Program-made: the position numbers and the translations under genes
Shown here: positions 39,472 to 48,462 of the stretch, piece after piece
Layout: each line of letters opens with the position of its first letter
Position numbering within the stretch: position 1 is the stretch's first letter
NCBI GenBank assembly: GCA_044225505.1
Contig: JBGAIN010000014.1
Coordinates: 1 to 64,000, forward strand
DNA length: 64,000 nt
Source: Limisphaerales bacterium
Lineage (GTDB): Bacteria > Verrucomicrobiota > Verrucomicrobiia > Limisphaerales > SIBE01
Reading direction: 5' to 3'
The notes under the pieces: generated by a model
What the model was told of the DNA's origin: nothing
Seen by the model: the letters and a program-made list of their open reading frames with translations, nothing else
Database searches by the model: none

Positions 39472-39833
39472 GAATGTTGGATCAATACAAAACTGGCACC
39501 GACTCCGTTCTGCTGGGAAACAGCAGGTTCTTCAATGATGGCCACCGGGGTTCAGAGCCCCGCCTCGGGCACTGCGAGGTCGGAGAGTCGTCACACTGCC
39601 CTGCTAAGGATTCCAAACCCTTAGCATCCCACGCGCCCATCATCGGCTCGCCCACACTCTCGCCACCACTCCCCGCGTTTTCGGGCACTTTTGGACTTTT
39701 CGGTCGTGGCACGACGAACTTTGAAGGAAACCTGTGACAGATGGAAGGCGATCCGGCAGCAATCTGGATAATTCGGGACAGCTTGGAAGAGGACGTTTCT
39801 GCGCGCCGCCCGCATCAACAACGAATATGCAAC

Positions 39834-39842
39834 NNNNNNNNN
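39834..39842. other. Assembly gap (9 N)
   Basis: Run of n characters. Confidence 1.
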
Positions 39843-40315
39843 CAGGCGCACGCCAACAAAGCCGGCAACGCGACATCATCCGTCCGCAATGCAAACCGAA
39901 CACTCTGCAGCAGCGCGCGCATCACTTCCTTCGAAGAACTTGCTTCGAGACAACACGCCGCGCGCATGCCATGGGCCGTCTCTTCTTGCGCCTTGGAGAA
40001 ACTTCGGCTCACAATGACCACGGGAAGACGCTCAAATCCTCGCTCGCTGCGCAAGCAACAGAGCGCGCCAATCCCTGAAAACCCAGACAGACGGCTGTTC
40101 AGAAAGACAAAGTTCGGAAATGGGTAGAGGCTGCGGTCGGAATAAGGGCCATCTCCACGCAAGTAAGCCAGCGCTTCGCTTCCGTCGGAGACTAGAATCA
40201 ACCGTTCCATCATCGCCAAGCCCTCCAACGTCTGACGGATAGTCGCTGACTTGTTCGCCTGATTCTCTGCGAGCAGCACGATCATGCCGCCCCGTGTCGC
40301 ACCGTTTGTGTACAT
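39843..40315 (-). CDS. Stand-alone CheY-like receiver, atypical; 3' end runs into the gap
   Basis: VSDGSEALAYLRGDGPYSDRSLYPFP..FLN..SG...LPVVIVS; start at 40315 or 40285. Confidence 0.75.
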
Positions 40316-40533
40316 TATTCGCCCCGCTGTTTTTTGACCCCGGACATTTCTGCCGTATGCATCGCCTAGTACCTTAACACAAATTAATGCCGCTGAGAAG
40401 CTTCTTTGGGATATTTTCACAGAAACGTAGCATGACCCACCGCTTTTCCGCATCCCACGGACCATGCTGACCGGAGTTTCCCAAGATGCAAAATCGCCGA
40501 TAGAAGGCTCGTTTCAGGGTCTTTATTCGTATT

Positions 40534-40622
40534 TAACACGGATTATACTCGGAGATAACACGGATATAACACGGCTATGATCCGTGTTATTTACCTGTTT
40601 ATTCCATGTTCATTCCCTGTTA
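40534..40622. repeat. Eight 9-mers at 11-bp period, four forward and four inverted
   Basis: TAACACGGA, ATACTCGGA, TAACACGGA, TAACACGGC at 40534/45/56/67; TCCGTGTTA, TACCTGTTT, TCCATGTTC, TCCCTGTTA at 40581/92/603/614. Confidence 0.85.
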
Positions 40623-40823
40623 TTTTCGGACCAAAGCTTTACCCACCAAAATTCGACCGGCGCCGCGTTCCGCGATTCCTTGGCATTCCATCAGATCAAG
40701 GTTAATCCTTTAATAATCATAAACTTCCAACAGCCATAGCATGGTTCTACGCTCCCTCCTGAGTTGACAATCGGACCGGGCGCATCGAGCCTTCGCCAAG
40801 GAGGAAGTTGTTCGATTCAAACC

Positions 40824-42269
40824 ATGGAAGAAATGTTATCTACCCCGCCGATGGCCATGCTGAACTGGAACTTGCCACTACCAGCCAGTTGGTCAGAGCC
40901 TTTCTATGGCTCGGTCACCGGCCGCGACCTGGTGCTAGCGACTCTGGTATTATTGGGATTCTGGCTGGCGGACCGCTGGATTCAGGCCTTTCTCACACGG
41001 CGACAAACGATTCTTGGCCAAGGAGTTTCGTCCGATCGATGGATCTTTCAGCTGGCCCACTGGCTGCGGCGGCCAGCGCGGTTGGCGTGGTGGGCAGGAG
41101 GCTTCTATTTGGCGGCTTTGCCGCTGATTTCAGGGTTGCCGGATAACGCCGCTCACCCCCTCCGCCTTTATCTGCAGCGCGTGGCCGATATCGGCCTGTT
41201 CATCGCGTTGCTATGGAGTTTCTTACGCGCCACCCAGCTGCTGCAACCGCGCATTAGGGCGCGAACCGCCGCAACCGCTCCTTCGTGGGACGAAGTTGTT
41301 ATACTGATTTTGTTTCGAGCGGCCCAAGTGATCGGGCCGCTGTTGGCGATCATCCTGGCCGCGCCACTCTTGGGCCTTCCCTTGACCTACGACGGTGTGC
41401 TTCGCAAGATCGTCACCCTTTTCATTATTGGCGCGGTCGCATGGGTGCTGGTTCAAGCGGTCTTGATCATGGAAAAGGCGATCACGGACCACTTGGCGCG
41501 TGAAGACAAGGACCCAGTTCGAAGTCGCTCCATTTCCACGCAAGTGAGCTTACTGAAACGAATCGCAATCGCGCTTATTTGTGTTTTTGCCACGGGCTGC
41601 GTGCTCATGAGCTTTGACGAAGTGCGACGCGTCGGCACGAGCATGCTAGCCTCCGCGGGCCTGGCTGGGATCGTTCTAGGCTTTGCCGCCCAACGCGCCC
41701 TGGGCAACTTGTTCGCCGGGATCCAAATAGCCTTTACTCAACCCATGCGTTTGGGCGATGCGGTGGTGGTGGAGGGCGAGTGGGGAATTGTGGAAGAAAT
41801 TACCCTGACCTACGTTGTTATCCGGGTTTGGGATTTGCGCCGGCTGGTCTTGCCGATCAGTTATTTCATTGAAAAGCCATTCCAGAACTGGACGCGAACA
41901 TCGCCCAAGGTTGTCGGAACGGTGATGCTTTACGTGGACTACACCTGCCCGATCGACAGCTTGCGCGCGGAAGCCAAGCGCATCATTGAGCCGTCGCCAT
42001 CCTGGGACCGTCGCTCGTGGAACTTGCAGCTGACGGACGCCACCGAAAAGACGGTTCAAGTCCGCGTGATGGTGACGGCCGCAGACGCCGGCAAACTTTG
42101 GGACTTGCGCTGTGAAGTTCGCGAAGGACTGGTGCGGTGGCTTCAGACAGAGCAACCCGCGGGCCTCCCTCGCGTCCGGACCGAGCTGACGAACTGGCAG
42201 AGCGGGATTGGGCCAGGCGAACGGACCGCGCTCGCTGCGGTTCCAGAACATCCGTCCAACGGTGCGTAA
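40824..42269 (+). CDS. MscS family mechanosensitive channel
   Basis: ASAGLAGIVLGFAAQ..LGNLFAG, GDAVVVEGEWG.VEEI, P..NW; extra N-terminal TM helices. Confidence 0.92.
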   Translation: MEEMLSTPPMAMLNWNLPLPASWSEPFYGSVTGRDLVLATLVLLGFWLADRWIQAFLTRRQTILGQGVSSDRWIFQLAHWLRRPARLAWWAGGFYLAALPLISGLPDNAAHPLRLYLQRVADIGLFIALLWSFLRATQLLQPRIRARTAATAPSWDEVVILILFRAAQVIGPLLAIILAAPLLGLPLTYDGVLRKIVTLFIIGAVAWVLVQAVLIMEKAITDHLAREDKDPVRSRSISTQVSLLKRIAIALICVFATGCVLMSFDEVRRVGTSMLASAGLAGIVLGFAAQRALGNLFAGIQIAFTQPMRLGDAVVVEGEWGIVEEITLTYVVIRVWDLRRLVLPISYFIEKPFQNWTRTSPKVVGTVMLYVDYTCPIDSLRAEAKRIIEPSPSWDRRSWNLQLTDATEKTVQVRVMVTAADAGKLWDLRCEVREGLVRWLQTEQPAGLPRVRTELTNWQSGIGPGERTALAAVPEHPSNGA

Positions 42270-42451
42270 CGCCGGTAGTGCTTGAGAGCCGTTCACGACC
42301 TCTGACGAACGGGCAGCTTTCTCACTCAGAACACCGCTCCGAAATGCTGCGGCTGATCCTGTGGAGACAGCCGCGCCCCAGCCCGAAAAACGGAGTGCGC
42401 CAGTGCGCGCAGCACCAGGCGCAGGATTGCCCAACGAGAATCGCCCGCCAG

Positions 42452-44455
42452 TTACTTCACTTCGTCTGGCGTGGGGCTCACTGGCGGAGCCGCTTTTGCC
42501 GCTCCCGCACGCTCCAGCAAGGCCATGGTGTCCGCATCCACCTGCTGCAACGGTGTCGGGACGGCGTGGACGCTACTGACCGGCGTAGCGAGTCCCCAAT
42601 CGTTCCAAGCGTATTGCTTCTGCACGCTTCCCCGCCGTCCCTGCTGCCCAGCGAGCATCGCGAGGGCCGTGTCTCCCACGAGGTTGGTTGCGCCCGGATC
42701 CGCGCCGTGCTGCAAAAGCAACTCCACTGCGCTCTTGAAAGCCCGCAAGGCCGCGTAATGTAAAGGGGTGTTGCCGCTATCGTCACGGGCGTTGACCAAA
42801 GCTTGTTGATCGATCAGCCGTCGCATCGTTTCCAGATTTCCATGTATTCCTACCGCAAGATGCAGTGGCGTATAACCGAAGATGCCCTTTTGATTCGGGT
42901 CCGCCCCGTGTTTCAGCAGGGCTTGGATCAAGTCATCTCGACGATCCTTGATGGCGATGAGCAAAGGCGTCCGTCCGTCCTGGCTCGCGCGATTGACAGC
43001 CGCACCTTTTTTGAGGAGGAGATCGATGGCTTCGGTTTGGTAGAGATTGACCGCCATGAGAAGCGCGGTTTGTCCTTGCGTGTCCGCGTGGTTGACGTCC
43101 GCACCGTTGGCTAAAAGGGCACGGAGTGCCGACAGGTGATCTGGCAATGTTATCATCAGCGCGGTTAACTTCTGCGGAGAGTCCGGAAGATCGACTTTCG
43201 CTCCGTGTTTCACAAGCGCTTGGATCAATAGAACGTCATCTTTCATCGCGGCGAGGTGAATTGGAGCCAGGAGCCGTTGATTTCCACGTTGCCGATCGGC
43301 AATTCCGAGAACGTTCGGATCGGCCCCAGCATTCAAGAGTGCCTCCGTTATCGGCGGTGGCGATTGCTGCACGGAGATCGTCAGAGCTGTGCCGCCCCCT
43401 TTGGCTTTGGCCTGGACGTCAGCCCCTCGGGCGATGAGAAATTCTGCAATTTCCAGACGATTGCCCGTGACTGCGCTCATCAGGGGTGTCATGCCACTGC
43501 TATCGGCACTATTAATGTCAGCTTTACTCTCCAACAAGAGTCGGACCATCGCCAAATTATCAGACTGTGCCGCGATATGCAGCGGGCTCGCTGCGCTCTG
43601 GAAGTTTGACAACTGAACATCTGCACCGTGGGAGATCAGAGATCGTGCGACGGCTTGATATCCGTTAGCCACAGCCAAGAAAAGAGCTGTGCGACCGTAT
43701 TTATCTGTCGAGTTGATCAACGCCCCGCGTTCGAGCAGAAGTTCGGCCATGGCTTTGTGTCCTGCCTCCGCCGCCAAATGCAGGGCGGTTTTTTGGTCCC
43801 GCCCGTCATTAGCGACCGGCGAAGAGATTCGCACGTTCACGTCCGCGTTATAGTCGAGAAGGAAGCGCGCCACGGCGAGCTGGCCTTTAATGGCGGCGTC
43901 ATGCAGCGGTGTCATTCCTCGGGTCCGACCGTTCACGAGGTCGGGGCTATTCGCTTGGATTCTCTCGAGTTGTTGAATCGCCTTAATCTCTTCATCGGAA
44001 ACTTCCGGTGGAAGATTCAACAACGGGTCCGGACCGCGCTGGGCTTGGAGCTGCCTCTCAGCATCCGTGGACGCGGTTCTTGCACCCTGCGCCAGGGTTC
44101 CAGGCGGCGTTTCCTGGAGGAACTTCCGGCTCAGGTTCACCAGATTGGTTTGGTCGGCAAACTCCAGAACAAACCGCTCGAATTGTCCGACGGCCTCGTT
44201 CGTCCTCCCTTGCTTGCGATAACACTCGCCCAGCCGAAAAGCGGCTGTGGCCGCGATCTTGCGTTGTTCACGGAACAGGTCTAAGACCGCCGTATAAGCA
44301 CTGATCGCGCCGTTGAGATCGAGCTGGACCTCCTCCGCAAGCAAGCCGCGCTGCAGGGCTTCGGTGGGCGTTTCCGCCCCTTGCGCCGACAAAGTCACGC
44401 CCAGGTACAAGATCGCTAGCCACCGAATGCTTCGCCGCGGTTGGAGAGTCTTCAT
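42452..44455 (-). CDS. Exported TPR + ankyrin repeat protein
   Basis: Signal peptide, TPR-like AAFRLGECYRKQG, more than 10 ankyrin repeats (TPLH.A, G.D.N). Confidence 0.92.
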   Translation of the reverse strand: MKTLQPRRSIRWLAILYLGVTLSAQGAETPTEALQRGLLAEEVQLDLNGAISAYTAVLDLFREQRKIAATAAFRLGECYRKQGRTNEAVGQFERFVLEFADQTNLVNLSRKFLQETPPGTLAQGARTASTDAERQLQAQRGPDPLLNLPPEVSDEEIKAIQQLERIQANSPDLVNGRTRGMTPLHDAAIKGQLAVARFLLDYNADVNVRISSPVANDGRDQKTALHLAAEAGHKAMAELLLERGALINSTDKYGRTALFLAVANGYQAVARSLISHGADVQLSNFQSAASPLHIAAQSDNLAMVRLLLESKADINSADSSGMTPLMSAVTGNRLEIAEFLIARGADVQAKAKGGGTALTISVQQSPPPITEALLNAGADPNVLGIADRQRGNQRLLAPIHLAAMKDDVLLIQALVKHGAKVDLPDSPQKLTALMITLPDHLSALRALLANGADVNHADTQGQTALLMAVNLYQTEAIDLLLKKGAAVNRASQDGRTPLLIAIKDRRDDLIQALLKHGADPNQKGIFGYTPLHLAVGIHGNLETMRRLIDQQALVNARDDSGNTPLHYAALRAFKSAVELLLQHGADPGATNLVGDTALAMLAGQQGRRGSVQKQYAWNDWGLATPVSSVHAVPTPLQQVDADTMALLERAGAAKAAPPVSPTPDEVK

Positions 44456-44513
44456 GATGACATTTTGCCTAAGGTTGGGCCGTGAGTTGTCATGATTCTG
44501 CAAAGTCATACGC

Positions 44514-45203
44514 TCAGTCTGCGATCTCGAGACGATATCCAACGCCGTGGACGGTCTTCAAAAACCGCGGTTCCTCCTGATCCTGCTCGAGTTTGCTACG
44601 CAGACTGGCTAAGTGATTGTCCACCGTGCGGGTGGTTGGAAACGCGGTATACCCCCACACCACATCGAGAAAACGCTCACGCGAAATGACCTCGCCTGGA
44701 CATTCAGCCATCAAGCGCAGCATCGCGAATTCTTTAGCCGTGAGACGGACAGTCGCTCCGTTGCGCGTCGCTCGCTGCTGCGCAAAATCGATTGTGACGT
44801 CACCAAGCTTCAAATGACCAAGAGCAGTCGCCCGCCGGCGCACACGGCGCAATAACGCTCTGACCCTCGCGAGCAGTTCGTCAGTGCTGAATGGCTTCAC
44901 CAGATAATCATCGGCACCAGCGTCCAGACCAGTGACTCGATCGTCGATCTGGCCCTTGGCGGTCAGCATTAAAACGGGCGATGACACCGTCAGACGGCGC
45001 AGCTCAGCGCAAAGGGCAAATCCATCCAGACGGGGAAGCATGACATCCAGGACGATCAAATCGGGCTTGTCATCAATGGCCCGCTGCAATCCCGCCTCAC
45101 CGTCAGCCGCGGTCAAGACGCGGTAACCCTCCGCCGCCAGGCAATCCATCAAGGCCGTCCGCATAGGCAACTCGTCTTCGACGATCAACAGGCGTTCGTT
45201 CAT
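44514..45203 (-). CDS. OmpR/PhoB family response regulator
   Basis: IVEDE, VLDVMLP, GADDYLVKPF, TRTVDNH, TVHGVGY. Confidence 0.95.
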   Translation of the reverse strand: MNERLLIVEDELPMRTALMDCLAAEGYRVLTAADGEAGLQRAIDDKPDLIVLDVMLPRLDGFALCAELRRLTVSSPVLMLTAKGQIDDRVTGLDAGADDYLVKPFSTDELLARVRALLRRVRRRATALGHLKLGDVTIDFAQQRATRNGATVRLTAKEFAMLRLMAECPGEVISRERFLDVVWGYTAFPTTRTVDNHLASLRSKLEQDQEEPRFLKTVHGVGYRLEIAD

Positions 45204-47476
45204 ACTCCAGGCAGCTCCAGGGTGAACTTGCTTCCCTGACCAGGCGCGCTTTCCACCAAGATGCGACCAGAATGCGCTTCGATGATATGTTTCACAATGC
45301 TCAGCCCGATCCCAACCCCTTGCGTGTCACGGCGCAGCTCGGAGCCGAGCCGGTAAAAGCGTTCAAAGATCCGTTCGTGTTCCGAGGCAGGAATCCCAGG
45401 ACCTTGGTCCTGCACCCAGAGCCGCCACCCCGAGGAACTGGCGAGCCCTTGGGGCACGGGCGCGAGCTCCGCGCCCCGCGGTTGCTCGAGTCCGACGCTC
45501 ACCACCGAACCCACCGGCGCATGCTTAAACGCGTTATCGATCAGGTTGATCAGGGCCTGTTGAATAGCTCGGCCATCGAGCAGAGGTTGACTGGCTACGT
45601 CGTTGGATAGGTCTGGCAGCGTTGCTTGAACAAGAAGCTCCCGCTCAGCCGCACGTGGTTCCATCAGCTTGAGCGTCTCCTGCACCAGTTCGATGAGGTT
45701 CGTGGGCTCAAATTCATACTCTTTGCGGCCTTGCTCGATGCGCGAGAAATCCAACAAGTTGGCCACTAAAGAGGAGAGGCGCCGGCATTCCTGAACGATG
45801 AGCCGATAGTACTCTCCTTGTCTCTTGGGATCCGCCACCTTGCCTCGTTCCAAGCTCTCGGCCATGAGGCGGACCGAAGCAATCGGCGCACGCAGCTCGT
45901 GCGACACGCTCGAAACGAAGTTCGTCTTAAGCTCGCTCAACCGGTGCTCGTTCCAAAATGCGCGCCGCGCCCGGACAAACCCCATCAGCGCGACTCCCGC
46001 CACGGCCACGATCAATCCGCTAAACCAAAGCGAGCGCTCATTCTGGCGGGCATAAAGCGCCGCCGGATCCGCCAGGAAGACACTCAGCAGGAACCGAGGT
46101 TGACTGGGCCACGACACAGACTCCAAGCCCGACCGCCCGGGCTCGCCTTGTCCGGGATTGAGAATCTCAGTCGCCGCCCCGGACACTACGCCGGCGGACT
46201 TGGCTAGCAGTGCCGACGAGGCGTCTCCAAACTTCCCAAGGTGTGCTCCAGCCATCGGCTGCCCTTCCAACTCAGCGCGTAGCTCAAAGTAAGCTGGCCA
46301 AGAGCCCGCGGCATCACGCACGACGGCGCCGAACAGGTGATCTAGCAGAGCTGCGGGGAAAAACGAGATGGAGGTCACCCTGTTGGTCTGCGACACGGGT
46401 TCACCGTTGACCGACGCTGGCCCGGCCCAAAGACCCGGGCGTAGAACCGCCAGCCAACGATTGGATTCCGCGTTGAACCAGAAGTTCGAAGTGATTCCCC
46501 CGTCAATGTCGATTTGTCGGAGAAGCGCCGTGACGAGCGATTGCCAACGTTCTTGATAAGACCATGCCTCTTTTAGCGCGCGAATAGCGATTTGCCTGTC
46601 CTCAACATCGGCCCGCACCCTGCGCTCCGCATCGGCAAGGAAATAGGAGCATAATAGCGAGGGAGACTCGAACAACTGCGTAGCAAGACCTTCATACAAC
46701 CGCTCATCCAGGTCGGAGTCGCCAGCTGCTTTTAGAGCAGCGCCAAAAGCAACGGCAGATAGCGGCAATCCACTCTCCGTCAAGACGTGACGATCTTGCG
46801 CTGCAAATTCGAGGAAACGCCCGACGCTGTCGCTGGCCGAATTCGTCTGACTTTCCAGGCGAAGCAATGCGAACTCGGCGTTGGCACGGGGCCCTTGCCC
46901 GGGAACCGTTTCAACGACGTCGAGCCAGACCTTCGCAACGGTCGACGCGTCAGTCGCGGTCGCTTCCAGTGCTCGGGCCTTTTGCCAAGAAGTCGCCTGC
47001 CCTGCTGGCAAGCCTGTATGCCAATCGGGTGGCGAGATCTGTGCACTCCAGAGCCGCGGCACGATGACTTCGCCTGAGAGGTCCGCCAACGCAGGTCCAA
47101 AGAGCGCACGATCAGCCTCCACCTCCGGGTAGGCACGCTTCCACCCCTCGAACCAATGCTGGAAGTTGGTTTGCTGTGAGACCCAAAGCCGCGCGGTGTC
47201 ACTGCCTGGCCACGCTGGAAGCGCGGTGCAACGGACCCACTTCCAATACTCGCCCGACACCGCCAGTTGTCCCCATTGCATGGCCAAGCGACGGCCCACC
47301 TGCTCGGACAGTTCTCGGAGGGTCTCCACAGCTCTTTCTTGGGCCTCTTGCTCCGCCAAGTAACGATCGCGACGAAGCGAATAGAGCCCTAAGAGAGCAA
47401 GGAGCGTCACGGGCAAAACGATGAAGCATCCTTGCCAGAAGAACGTCGGAGGCTTGCTTTGTCTCACATGACTCAT
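45200..47476 (-). CDS. Membrane sensor histidine kinase
   Basis: Two TM helices around a large periplasmic region; VSHELRAP, NLIDNAFK, DQGPGI, GIGLSIV; ATGA overlap with the regulator. Confidence 0.95.
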   Translation of the reverse strand: MSHVRQSKPPTFFWQGCFIVLPVTLLALLGLYSLRRDRYLAEQEAQERAVETLRELSEQVGRRLAMQWGQLAVSGEYWKWVRCTALPAWPGSDTARLWVSQQTNFQHWFEGWKRAYPEVEADRALFGPALADLSGEVIVPRLWSAQISPPDWHTGLPAGQATSWQKARALEATATDASTVAKVWLDVVETVPGQGPRANAEFALLRLESQTNSASDSVGRFLEFAAQDRHVLTESGLPLSAVAFGAALKAAGDSDLDERLYEGLATQLFESPSLLCSYFLADAERRVRADVEDRQIAIRALKEAWSYQERWQSLVTALLRQIDIDGGITSNFWFNAESNRWLAVLRPGLWAGPASVNGEPVSQTNRVTSISFFPAALLDHLFGAVVRDAAGSWPAYFELRAELEGQPMAGAHLGKFGDASSALLAKSAGVVSGAATEILNPGQGEPGRSGLESVSWPSQPRFLLSVFLADPAALYARQNERSLWFSGLIVAVAGVALMGFVRARRAFWNEHRLSELKTNFVSSVSHELRAPIASVRLMAESLERGKVADPKRQGEYYRLIVQECRRLSSLVANLLDFSRIEQGRKEYEFEPTNLIELVQETLKLMEPRAAERELLVQATLPDLSNDVASQPLLDGRAIQQALINLIDNAFKHAPVGSVVSVGLEQPRGAELAPVPQGLASSSGWRLWVQDQGPGIPASEHERIFERFYRLGSELRRDTQGVGIGLSIVKHIIEAHSGRILVESAPGQGSKFTLELPGV

Positions 47477-47516
47477 TCGGTAACGAATCTCGAGCTTAGG
47501 GTAGCGCCCTACCGAG

Positions 47517-47538
47517 CCAATTTGTCACCAATTTGTAA
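47517..47538. promoter_or_regulatory. 11-bp tandem direct repeat upstream of the kinase (OmpR-type site candidate)
   Basis: CCAATTTGTCA CCAATTTGTAA, about 40 bp from the kinase ATG. Confidence 0.5.
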
Positions 47539-47603
47539 GAATCTGCCCGGTCGTCGAGATATCGCCTGTGGCAAGTGTCCACCAACAATGTCTGGCTTCC
47601 CAG

Positions 47604-48302
47604 TCAGTGATCTTCCGCTTTCGTCGGGGCTATTTCGCGTTTTGCGGAAGCCCCGCTATTGGTGCTGGATCCGCCAGACTGAGACTTGAGTATGTCGGTG
47701 AATACTTTCGCAGCCCGTTCACTGTCCGCAATCTCTGCACTCGCATCACACAATTTGATCTCATCCAGGCTTCCGATGGTCTGCACGTTCAACAGCGCCA
47801 ACGGGAGACTCGACTCTAACGTCAGCACGATCGGCGCGGGCGGAGATTTTGTGGCGGCGGCCTGTAAAAGAACGGAAAGATCGAGCGCATTGCCGGGCAA
47901 GTGATAGGCCACGAGGTAGGTTTGGCCGCAGGCGGCAACAGTCAGGCCTTTCGTGATATAAACTCGGCCACCGCTCACCGCTCCCAGGAGATTATTATTC
48001 TGCGAGGTGGATCCAGACGTACTGCCATTCACATTCACGGAAATGTTGTCGCGGACCGTGCCGCTGCTTTGGATGGTAAATCGGCGCCATTCGGCATCGA
48101 CCTCCTTCAACTTGACCGCCAGGGGAAAGAGACGGCCAGCGAGCAGGTCACTGAGATCTCCCTCCTGCGCGCCGTTGATCGCTAACGACCACATGGCTGC
48201 GGCTGTCACCCAAGCGAGGAGGTGGTTCAATCGTGAGACCCAATGAATCGGTTGGGTAACGGAGCTCAACCGTGCTGTGCAAGAACGAGGGGCCGTGGTC
48301 AT
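47604..48302 (-). CDS. Hypothetical exported protein
   Basis: Hydrophobic signal-like segment then a globular region; start uncertain. Confidence 0.6.
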   Translation of the reverse strand: MTTAPRSCTARLSSVTQPIHWVSRLNHLLAWVTAAAMWSLAINGAQEGDLSDLLAGRLFPLAVKLKEVDAEWRRFTIQSSGTVRDNISVNVNGSTSGSTSQNNNLLGAVSGGRVYITKGLTVAACGQTYLVAYHLPGNALDLSVLLQAAATKSPPAPIVLTLESSLPLALLNVQTIGSLDEIKLCDASAEIADSERAAKVFTDILKSQSGGSSTNSGASAKREIAPTKAEDH

Positions 48303-48462
48303 GGTCCAAAACTGGGTTGTGGACAAGAGAGCGTCAACGGCCAATTCAGCGCCTGCGAGCGCAGAGCAGACCCGATCTCGGAGCACTAAAACTCGCTCGA
48401 AACTGCTCTGGGTTACCTAACAGTTGCCAAAGGCCAGCTTCTCGTTAATTTCCCGGGAATCC

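Noticed and set aside
39495..39600. Known riboswitch (SAM-I, Moco, cobalamin, TPP, FMN) or tracrRNA
   Set aside because: Only isolated words match (GGTGCCA, GGAAAC, GGCACCGA); order and cores do not fit. Kept only as an unclassified candidate.
39474..39833. Remnant of phnW upstream of the MFS
   Set aside because: The minus-strand frames I translated show no aminotransferase-like sequence.
40534..40622. Possible CRISPR array
   Set aside because: Units are 11 bp with no unique spacers, and there are no cas genes in the window.
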